Shown here one piece after another: positions 20,137 to 31,389 of a stretch of DNA of 64,000 bases; the first letter of the stretch is position 1, and the number at the start of each line of letters is the position of its first letter. The notes under the pieces are model-generated. The model searched no databases and had not been told where the DNA came from. It saw nothing but the letters and a program-made list of their open reading frames with translations. The position numbers and the translations under genes were made by a program. The DNA comes from a bacterium (GTDB lineage Bacteria > Patescibacteriota > Dojkabacteria > JAOAGR01 > JBAXGO01), in the NCBI GenBank assembly GCA_037139335.1, contig JBAXGO010000001.1, positions 4,503-68,502 of the forward strand, written 5' to 3'.

Positions 20137-20160
20137 AAATCCCGTGAGGGATTTTTTGCT
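20137..20160 (+). terminator. Rho-independent terminator immediately after tRNA-Ala
   Basis: aaatccc-gtga-gggattt followed by tttgcttttt. Confidence 0.7.
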
Positions 20161-20211
20161 TTTTATAAAAACTTCACAGTAGAAAAATGTCTTTAGTGTT
20201 AATTTATTGTT

Positions 20212-20487
20212 ATGAAAACAAAAATAGTTGATCTAATAACCAAGTCCTTCCAGCCAGAATCAATATTTAATTACGGTTCTCGGGCCAGAACGGATTGTCT
20301 TGATAAAAGTGATTACGATATTGGTGTTATCTTTTCGGATGCAAACTTTGTTAGCAGAATGGCTTTGAAGAAAGCTATTAATTTAGATGGCGTTAGTGCT
20401 TATCCTTTTCACTTAAATGATTTCAAGAATGGAATGATTGATACTCCATTTCAAAAAAGTATCTTTAGTAATATTTCAAAAACATAA
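20212..20487 (+). CDS. Minimal nucleotidyltransferase (MNT/Pol-beta superfamily), possibly truncated by a frameshift
   Basis: The GS-x9-DxD motif YGSRARTDCLDKSDYDIGV is present. The ORF ends just after an A6 run. Confidence 0.55.
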   Translation: MKTKIVDLITKSFQPESIFNYGSRARTDCLDKSDYDIGVIFSDANFVSRMALKKAINLDGVSAYPFHLNDFKNGMIDTPFQKSIFSNISKT

Positions 20488-20701
20488 GTTTGCTATTACA
20501 TACGACGAAATTATTAAAGAGTCGGAATTATTAAAATTGCGGAAATACACTGAACTAGTTGCTAATGCATATAAAGTTAGGTTGGGAGAAATGAAAGTCT
20601 ATGAATCTGATCTTTATAAAAATATCTCTTATATTAATAAATTCATAGAACCAAAATTTATGGATTTATATCAATGTTCTGGGGATATTCAATTAATATA
20701 A
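20438..20701 (+). CDS. Hypothetical ORF in the +1 frame overlapping the MNT 3' end by 50 nt. It may be the frameshifted continuation or a HEPN-like partner.
   Basis: It has no ATG start (the track uses TTG). It overlaps the MNT gene and no RxxxxH motif was seen. Confidence 0.3.
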   Translation: MILHFKKVSLVIFQKHKFAITYDEIIKESELLKLRKYTELVANAYKVRLGEMKVYESDLYKNISYINKFIEPKFMDLYQCSGDIQLI

Positions 20702-21002
20702 AAATTTCTGCGTTGCTCAAATATTGGTTTGTCGAGTATTTTAGTAGCTAAATGTATAAAAAATTTCCATTATTAGTTCTCATAGCTAAACTATGATACG
20801 TAATATTATCTAGTATTAAGCCTTTCTGTCGATATCTATCATTCCAGAATTGCTTTTCATTTTATAAAAATATTATTGGTGGTATTAATTGCACAACTTT
20901 ATAAATCGTTTGTTATAAAAGATATCGTGGAAAAATGTGTGAACGTATGTGGGCAATAGGACTTGCGTGTTATAATCTATCATGCATTTAATATCCTCAT
21001 AA

Positions 21003-21356
21003 ATGTCAAACCCTCCACAAGCATCTGAAATATATGTACCTCGTTATTATATTGAAATCGCCAATAATAAAGGTGGATCGGCTCCTTCTTTTTTAGTTAA
21101 CCGTAATTTAACGCTAGCTATTTTAGAATTAGGTCGTAGTGAAAATATTTATGAATTAATTAATAATAGTATTCCAGTCCCAGAGCTTCTGAAAAGAGTA
21201 GATAGGTTCTTTGCTTTTGGCGATAAATTTGGATGGAATAAAACAAGAAAACTTCAAGTTATAAATGACGCAGGGCGAAGACCTTTCCTTCCTCAAGGTA
21301 TTGAACATAAAAAAGAAAAAATATTGAAGTATATGTTGCTAAATCGGGACTATTAG
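21003..21356 (+). CDS. Hypothetical cytoplasmic protein
   Basis: 117-aa ORF preceded by an extended -10-like tgtTATAAT at about 20966-20974. Confidence 0.45.
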   Translation: MSNPPQASEIYVPRYYIEIANNKGGSAPSFLVNRNLTLAILELGRSENIYELINNSIPVPELLKRVDRFFAFGDKFGWNKTRKLQVINDAGRRPFLPQGIEHKKEKILKYMLLNRDY

Positions 21357-21382
21357 GTCGTCAAACAATTAAGCTTGCACTG

Positions 21383-21757
21383 GTGGATTTTGTATCAGAA
21401 CCTACACAATCGGAAAGTAATGCCGGTTATAGAGAAGTTATTCGGTTACAATTTGGTAATCCATTTGGTGGTGATTCCGCTTTGATTGTTATTGGAAAAA
21501 AGATTCCTGGACAAAATAAATTATTATATTCTTATACTATTCGTGATACTAGATTTGATCCGTGGGTGCAAGTTTACATTTCTAATATAAATAATCCTGA
21601 TAATAGATTTGTAACGGAAAACGATGAGGTAGTCCGAGATATATCTTCATATGGATTTGAATATCAGACTGGATTCTTACAATATATGGGGATTCCAACT
21701 TTTTCAAGGCATGTTGGTGATTATTCTCCTGTATCGATTAAGAATAATAGAAATTAA
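21383..21757 (+). CDS. Hypothetical cytoplasmic protein
   Basis: 124-aa ORF 26 nt downstream of the previous one, probably the same operon. Confidence 0.45.
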   Translation: MDFVSEPTQSESNAGYREVIRLQFGNPFGGDSALIVIGKKIPGQNKLLYSYTIRDTRFDPWVQVYISNINNPDNRFVTENDEVVRDISSYGFEYQTGFLQYMGIPTFSRHVGDYSPVSIKNNRN

Positions 21758-21764
21758 TTATTAT

Positions 21765-22967
21765 TTAATCTACCCACACTGGAGTGTCAATTTCTGCCCA
21801 ATTATAAAGCCATTTTACATTTGTTAATGGTGTCCTGATGCAACCTAAACTTCCTCTGGTGTGATAGTCCATTCCTCCGTAATTAGTTGGAGTAGGGGTG
21901 TCGTGAATTCCATAATCTTGGTAAAAAGGCATCCAATAATTTACTAATACATCATAATTATGACCACTTGTGTCGACTCCTCTCAGATGTTCTTGTTCTT
22001 TTTTTTGAAATATCGCGAATTTACCTGTTACTGTTGGGGATAAATCTTTTCCAGTAGTTACTACTGTTGTAAAAACTGGAACTCCATACTCATATGCGTA
22101 CATCTTTTGATCAGCAATACTGATGTATATGAATTTTGGTGCGTTGTTTTTTGCGGTTGGAGCCTGAACGTTCTTTGCTTGATTATCTTTCTTTTGTTGC
22201 TCAATTTGTTTTTCTAATTCTTGTGCGGAAGATAATTGTGCAGATAAGTTAGGCGTATACACTGTTTTTACATCACTATATGCTATTGTTTTACCTTTCC
22301 ATTTGGTGAGTAAGTCAGAAACTTTCGATTTGTAATCTGTTAATGATGTTGCGATATTTTCTTTGGTTGGTACTGTTGAAAAATATTTTGCAAGTCTATT
22401 GGCTTCTGTTTCGTTAGTAAGTAATTCGTTGTATAGATTAATTTCTTTTGAAAAAGATAATTCAACTGCTAATTTTACGTCTAATTCGTAAACAGTGAAC
22501 GTATTAATATTAGGAATTGGTATTGAAGGGTTATTTAAAGCTTGTTTTAGTGAAGTATATTGGCTTTTTATCTCTTCATAACTTGGCAATTCTGTAGCTT
22601 CTGGCAAGCTCAAATTTTGTTCGATTTTATTTAATGTTTGTAATGTATTTTCTTTATAGTAATTTTTGTTATTAATTTCGATATCTTTCTTGTAATTTGA
22701 AAGTTCAGAATTAATGGACTTTAATTCGAAGATATATTTAATATTATTAATTTTATTTTTTGCTTCGCTCATAGCGACTTTTATTTCAGAATATTTATTA
22801 GAGTCAACATCCTTAATAAGGCTGATTGCAGATTCTATAGAATTAATAGAACTTGTTGCCTTATTGTTTTCGCTAATAAAGAACCATATGAAAGTTCCTA
22901 ATATTGTGACTACTATTAATACAATAGTAAGAAATGTGAATAATAGGATTGTTTTTATGTTTTTCAT
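21765..22967 (-). CDS. L,D-transpeptidase (YkuD domain) with an N-terminal TM and a coiled-coil region
   Basis: C-terminal YkuD catalytic motif (YGIHDTP...GSLGCIRTP). N-terminal membrane anchor and a long coiled coil. Confidence 0.75.
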   Translation of the reverse strand: MKNIKTILLFTFLTIVLIVVTILGTFIWFFISENNKATSSINSIESAISLIKDVDSNKYSEIKVAMSEAKNKINNIKYIFELKSINSELSNYKKDIEINNKNYYKENTLQTLNKIEQNLSLPEATELPSYEEIKSQYTSLKQALNNPSIPIPNINTFTVYELDVKLAVELSFSKEINLYNELLTNETEANRLAKYFSTVPTKENIATSLTDYKSKVSDLLTKWKGKTIAYSDVKTVYTPNLSAQLSSAQELEKQIEQQKKDNQAKNVQAPTAKNNAPKFIYISIADQKMYAYEYGVPVFTTVVTTGKDLSPTVTGKFAIFQKKEQEHLRGVDTSGHNYDVLVNYWMPFYQDYGIHDTPTPTNYGGMDYHTRGSLGCIRTPLTNVKWLYNWAEIDTPVWVD

Positions 22968-23561
22968 GCTTTTTGTGACTTCTCAAATAATGCCATGTTT
23001 TAATACATTCGTAAAGAGTAAAGATACTTACATATGTATAAAACTATAATATGATAATTATATTTCTATTTATTCAAATTATTCGTAAATTTTATCATAA
23101 TTTTGTTAAAAAATTGTAATATTTTGTATGTTTTTGTAATTATATGATTTTCAATCTTTATCTATCTGCATTAATGCCGTGATTATCTATGTTTTTTATG
23201 TATTAAATGTGTTGCATTTTGTAATAACATATGGTATATTTTCAGCCGATATGACGCTAATGTCCTCTATTCATAATACAAGTCAATTACCACGCGCGTA
23301 GTTAGACCTCTGTAGTGATATTATTCTTTATAGAACTGATAAATCTAAGTGTTGCGGTTTATGAATTATTATGATAATATCACCGTGCTTTGCTAATGTA
23401 AGTTATAAGTTGAAGATTAAGAAGTAAGTCTTCAGCTTGAAAGCTTGTAAAAGCAATCAAATGTTCCTTTAAAACTGAATAGGTTATTTTTGCAAAATTC
23501 AATTGAGTCTAATTATAAAACAAGTCTCTTGTTTTTGGTGGATTCATTGTTCGTAAATTTG

Positions 23562-26680
<3,119 letters not shown>

Positions 26681-26815
26681 ACAAATTTACGAATTTTTGC
26701 AAAAATTAGCCTGTTCAGTTTCAAAGGAATATATACTGAATTATTAGTGACAAATTAATAATTTAGTGATATACTCCCAGAGTGTTCATACGACAGTTAG
26801 TAATGCTGACTGTTG

Positions 26816-26931
26816 TATGGTCACTGTAGCGAAGCGGCACTACCTCTTCCCATACCGAACAGAGTCGTAAAACGTTTTTGCGCCGAAAATACTCGGACCT
26901 TAGGTCCCGGGAAAATAGGTCGTGGCCAGCC
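26816..26931 (+). rRNA. rrf: 5S ribosomal RNA
   Basis: CCCATACCGAACAGAG...GTAAAACG...GCGCCGA...TACTCGG resembles loops B and C of 5S. The terminal helix is tggtcac/gtggcca. Confidence 0.65.
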
Positions 26932-26937
26932 AAAAGA

Positions 26938-26968
26938 GCATCTATGCTAAAACATAGGTGCTTTTTTG
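26938..26968 (+). terminator. Rho-independent terminator after 5S
   Basis: agcatctatg / cataggtgct stem followed by ttttt. Confidence 0.6.
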
Positions 26969-27222
26969 CTTTACAAATAACATCTTTTCCCTCTACTCAA
27001 AGTCGGTATTATCTGCTATAATACCGTGCATTTTTATATGCGCATTTAAAGGAGGATTTAATCGTTGACTAGGTTTAGTTAACAAATTAAAGAAAAATGC
27101 AGTCCTGGAATCATCATGTAAATGATAATTGTAGGGATGTCTTTTTTTATTTGCAAAAAGTTTATTGTATTAGGATTTTGTACAAAAACTTATTATTTAT
27201 AAAATCCGAAAGAAAAAGGTTA

Positions 27223-28371
27223 ATGATGGATGATTTTAAAAAATTAATTCAGGACAATCTTGAAACTGTTGCCAAATTACCAAAACTTAAAAAAGGTGAT
27301 TTGATCCAAGGAAAGGTTGTGGATGTAAAAAAAGGAACTGTTTTGGTAGACATTGGTGCCAAGTCAGAAGGTGTTATAAGTGGTAAAGAACTTGCTACAA
27401 AGGAAAAATTAGAAATCAATGTTGGTGATGGTATTATGGTTTACGTTGTAAACCCAGAAGATGAGGTTGGTAACATTGTTCTTTCTCTTAGAAGAACAGA
27501 TGCCGTACGAAGATGGTTAGCTCTAGAACTTGCTCAAAAAAGTGATGAAGTTGTAGTTGCTACTGTTACAGAAGCAAATACAGGTGGTGTTTTGGTCATG
27601 GTTGGTGGTTTATCCGGATTTATCCCTACCTCACAACTTTCACAAGAAGTTATGGCGCAGACCGGTATTTCCAATATGTCCAAAGATGATATTTCTGCAA
27701 TTCCTATGAAGCTAAATGAACTTGTAGGTAAAGAAATTAAAGCTAAGATCATGGAATTGGATAGAAAGAAAAATAGAATCATTCTTTCTGAAAAACTTGT
27801 TGTAAATGCTCAATCTGTCAAAGAAAGAGAAGCTACATTGAAGAGAATCAAGGTAGGAGATGCATTAACTGGTCAGGTTACAGGTATAACTCCATTCGGG
27901 TTATTTGTAAACGCAGAAGGATTGGAAGGATTAGTCCATCTTTCAGAAATGTCATGGGACAAAGTCGACAATCCAGCAGATCTTTATGAAGTTGGTAAGA
28001 GTATTAAAGTTCAGCTCATTGGTCTTTCTGACAATGGCAAAAGAGTTGCATACTCAATCAAAAGACTTACACCAGATCCATGGGCAACAGTTGTATCAAA
28101 ATACAAAGTTGGTCAATTGGTTAGTGGTAAGATTACTAAAATTGCAGTATTCGGTGCATTCGTAAGAATTGATGATGGTCTAAATGGACTTATTCATATA
28201 TCTGAACTTTCAGATAAAATGGTCACAAATCCTGAGGATGTTGTAAAAGTTGGTGATGCTGTAGAAGTTATGATAATTTCTATCTCTCCCAACGAAAGAC
28301 ATCTTGGTCTAAGTCTCAAAAGAGTGAATGGTAAAGAAGTTGAGTCTTTGGATGAAGAAATGATTAAGTAA
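27223..28371 (+). CDS. rpsA: 30S ribosomal protein S1
   Basis: Four S1 domains. The start is taken at ATGATGGAT (MMDDFKK) after gaaaaagg. The 42-codon N-terminal extension in the ORF track looks spurious. Confidence 0.85.
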   Translation: MMDDFKKLIQDNLETVAKLPKLKKGDLIQGKVVDVKKGTVLVDIGAKSEGVISGKELATKEKLEINVGDGIMVYVVNPEDEVGNIVLSLRRTDAVRRWLALELAQKSDEVVVATVTEANTGGVLVMVGGLSGFIPTSQLSQEVMAQTGISNMSKDDISAIPMKLNELVGKEIKAKIMELDRKKNRIILSEKLVVNAQSVKEREATLKRIKVGDALTGQVTGITPFGLFVNAEGLEGLVHLSEMSWDKVDNPADLYEVGKSIKVQLIGLSDNGKRVAYSIKRLTPDPWATVVSKYKVGQLVSGKITKIAVFGAFVRIDDGLNGLIHISELSDKMVTNPEDVVKVGDAVEVMIISISPNERHLGLSLKRVNGKEVESLDEEMIK

Positions 28372-28383
28372 TTTGTATCCTAG

Positions 28384-28415
28384 GGCTGCGGAGTGATCTT
28401 CGCAGCCTTTTTTTA
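28384..28415 (+). terminator. Rho-independent terminator after rpsA
   Basis: ggctgcg...cgcagcc followed by tttttttt. Confidence 0.75.
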
Positions 28416-28526
28416 TTCATCTCAAATTCACTTATCGTGCTATATATTATAGATAGTAAAAAAGTATACATGTGCAAGATGAATTAGCAATATAAAATCA
28501 TATCTGCTAAAATTGGTCTCGAGTAA

Positions 28527-30968
28527 TTGTTAATGGAATTTATGAAAATACAGAAAACATCAAAAAATTTGGATGAAACATTGAGAATATCTGTTGATAT
28601 TGCTAAAAATTATAATTGTTTAGTTCTTGATGAAAGTATTTTGTTTGCGGCTCTTCTTTCTTTGAAAGAATCTGCTGCTGTCAGAGCACTTCAAGAATTT
28701 GATATTGAGATTGATTCAACTATTGGTAATGTTTTAAGTGCGATTAAAAATAATCTGTCTATTGCTCCTACGTATGACATGTCTGAAAATACGAATAGGA
28801 CAATGGTAATTTCTACAATGTATAAAAAAATATTAGAAGATGCGTACAAAGTTGCGATGCAGATGCCAGCGCCATATGTGGGCACTGAACATTTATTAAT
28901 TGCATGGTATGAAGATGTAGATAATGAAATTAAGGAAAACTTAGTAAAGAAGGGGATAGATCATCAAGCTTTGTACGTTGCGATAAAAAATACGGTTAAG
29001 TATCCAGTTTTTTTTGATGATAAGAATACTAATGAAAAATCTGGTGTTTTGAAAATGATTGGAAAAAATCTAACTGAGATGGCAAGAAAAAAAATGCTTG
29101 ATCCAGTTATTGGTAGAGATAAGGAAATGGATCGTCTGGCTTCAATTTTAATGAGAAGGACTAAAAATAATCCTATACTAATTGGTGATGCTGGAGTTGG
29201 AAAAACAGCAATTGTTGAAGGTTTTACACAAAAAATAGCAAATGGTACAGCACCGTATCTATTTAAAGATAAAACTATTTGGCAGATTGATTCAGCAGTT
29301 TTGTTTGCAGGAAGTCCTATGCGTGGTGATATTGAAAATAAATTATTAGCGTTGATAGATGAAGTAAGTAATGAGAAAACTTCGATACTGTTTATAGATG
29401 AAATTCACACCTTAATAAGCGGTGCACAAGGCGGAGGCGGGGATATTGCCAATGTTTTGAAACCGGCGCTAGCTAGAGGTCAGCTGCGCTGTATTGGAGC
29501 TACGACCTATGCTGAATATGTTAAATATATTGAATCCGATCCAGCTTTGGCTAGAAGATTTCAGCCAATATTTGTTGATGAAATTGATGCAGAAAGTGCC
29601 AAAATTATTGTAAATAAAATCAAGCCGATGCTCGAAAAACATCATCATGTATCTATTTCCGAAGCGATAGTAGAAGAATCTATTGAACTGTCTGAAAGAT
29701 ATATTACAGAAAGGTATTTACCTGACAAAGTAATTGATCTTTTGGATGAAGCAGCATCCAAGATTAATTTAAAATACGTCAGTGTTCTTGATGAAAATAT
29801 TGGGGTTTTACAAAGTTTGGAAGAAGAACAGCAAAGATTGATTGAAGTTGATGATATCTCTGGCGCAGCAAAAATTCGTGAAGCGAAAAGGGAAATTGAA
29901 AAACTTGTCAACGATATTGCAGCACCTAAGAAGGCACATAGTTTTATGCGTGAAGGAGATTTAAAAGATGTTATAAGTCAATGGACTGGAATTCCGATTA
30001 ACTCTCTGACTACTGCAGATGTCAAAAAAATTAAAAATCTACCATCGATTCTTTCCGAATCTGTGATTGGACAAAAAAAAGCTGTTGATATAGTTTCTGA
30101 TGCATTGCAGGTTGCGAAGGTCGGTATATCTGATGAGAAGAAGCCAATGTCATCTTTTCTTTTTGCTGGTCCAACAGGAGTTGGTAAGACTGAAATGGCG
30201 AGGCAAATTGCGGCGGTTTTATTTGGTTCCAAAGATTATTTAGTCCAGTTGGATATGAGTGAATTTATGGAAGCGCATAGTGTATCTAAATTAATTGGAT
30301 CCCCCCCAGGGTATATTGGTTTTGATACGGGTGGCCAGTTGACTGAAAAAATTAGGAAGAGACCCTACAGTGTGGTTCTATTTGATGAGATAGAAAAAGC
30401 TCATCCAGATGTATTAAATATATTACTTCAGATACTTGAAGAAGGGAAGTTAACAGATAATAAAGGAAGAATTGCAAACTTCAAAAACACGATTATTGTC
30501 ATGACGACAAATTTGGGTGCAGAGGCCATAGCCAATAATGAAATCTTAGGATTAAAGGTAAAAGCATCAAAAGAAGATTCAGAAAAAGAAGCGTATGTGG
30601 AAATGGAGAAAAAAGTTATGGAAGAATTAAAAAAACACTTGTTACCCGAATTGATCAATAGAATTGATCATATTGTAATATTTAAATCTCTGACTAAAAA
30701 AGATATTGAAGAAATATCCAGGCTTCAACTTTTGGAATTGGTTAATAGAATAAAAAAGATTAAAAAAATTCAAGTTAGCTTCACTGACAGTTTGAAAAAA
30801 TATATTGCAAAAGAGGGTTATGATGAAGAATATGGTGCTCGTAATATAAAAAGAAAGGTTAATGAACTTATAGAATCAAAGATTAGTAAATATCTTTTGT
30901 CTCGTCAGAAGGCTGTAAAAGTAATTAATCTAGATTATAAAGATTCTGAAGTCGTCGTAAATTCCTGA
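28527..30968 (+). CDS. clpC: Clp/Hsp100 AAA+ chaperone, ClpC-type (short middle domain)
   Basis: Clp_N repeats and two AAA+ modules (GDAGVGKTAI; GPTGVGKTE). The sensor motifs are present and the linker is short. Confidence 0.85.
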   Translation: MLMEFMKIQKTSKNLDETLRISVDIAKNYNCLVLDESILFAALLSLKESAAVRALQEFDIEIDSTIGNVLSAIKNNLSIAPTYDMSENTNRTMVISTMYKKILEDAYKVAMQMPAPYVGTEHLLIAWYEDVDNEIKENLVKKGIDHQALYVAIKNTVKYPVFFDDKNTNEKSGVLKMIGKNLTEMARKKMLDPVIGRDKEMDRLASILMRRTKNNPILIGDAGVGKTAIVEGFTQKIANGTAPYLFKDKTIWQIDSAVLFAGSPMRGDIENKLLALIDEVSNEKTSILFIDEIHTLISGAQGGGGDIANVLKPALARGQLRCIGATTYAEYVKYIESDPALARRFQPIFVDEIDAESAKIIVNKIKPMLEKHHHVSISEAIVEESIELSERYITERYLPDKVIDLLDEAASKINLKYVSVLDENIGVLQSLEEEQQRLIEVDDISGAAKIREAKREIEKLVNDIAAPKKAHSFMREGDLKDVISQWTGIPINSLTTADVKKIKNLPSILSESVIGQKKAVDIVSDALQVAKVGISDEKKPMSSFLFAGPTGVGKTEMARQIAAVLFGSKDYLVQLDMSEFMEAHSVSKLIGSPPGYIGFDTGGQLTEKIRKRPYSVVLFDEIEKAHPDVLNILLQILEEGKLTDNKGRIANFKNTIIVMTTNLGAEAIANNEILGLKVKASKEDSEKEAYVEMEKKVMEELKKHLLPELINRIDHIVIFKSLTKKDIEEISRLQLLELVNRIKKIKKIQVSFTDSLKKYIAKEGYDEEYGARNIKRKVNELIESKISKYLLSRQKAVKVINLDYKDSEVVVNS

Positions 30969-31024
30969 TGTGTGAAAAATGACTGCCTATTTCGACTATC
31001 TATAAAACGACCATACTACAGGAC

Positions 31025-31053
31025 TTGACACTGCTCATTATATAGGTTATACT
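31025..31053 (+). promoter_or_regulatory. Consensus sigma70 promoter (TTGACA-17-TATACT) of the rho leader
   Basis: A perfect -35 box, a 17-nt spacer and a near-consensus -10 box. Confidence 0.65.
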
Positions 31054-31190
31054 GTTGTCGTAATAGTAGATCCCTAGGCTTGGTTGGTTAGAAGCTACAC
31101 TGAGCCTACGGATTTGCTATATACGAAAGGGATTCTTTAGTAACTGCCACTTTGGGAACCAATGAAGGAGTATCGTGTATTTCGTCATTG

Positions 31191-31224
31191 GGGTCGGTTG
31201 GGGCAGTACCGATCCCTTTTTATT
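31191..31224 (+). promoter_or_regulatory. Terminator-like hairpin plus U-run inside the rho 5' leader (candidate attenuator)
   Basis: gggtcggt...accgatccc stem (8 bp with one bulge) followed by tttttatt. It lies between the promoter and the rho ATG at 31390. Confidence 0.5.
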
Positions 31225-31389
31225 CTTCAGCTACTTATTATAGAAATTCAAAAATTCCTCGTAATTGTTATCACTTAGTGCTGAAAAATAGAAAAAATGT
31301 GCTCCAATTTGTATTGACTATAATTTTAACTACTATATAATACTAGTAGTTTTACCCTCATAAAATTTTATTTTTTTCATAAAACCACC

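Noticed and set aside
27097-27222. 42-codon N-terminal extension of rpsA in the ORF track
   Set aside because: The extension has no S1-like sequence and is Cys/His/Tyr-rich and low-complexity. A purine-rich RBS precedes the ATGATG at 27223, where conserved S1 sequence begins.
31152-31340. 62-codon ORF in the rho leader
   Set aside because: It lies inside a highly structured leader with a terminator-like hairpin. It has no RBS and a Cys/Ser/Tyr-rich low-complexity translation, so it is more likely non-coding regulatory RNA.
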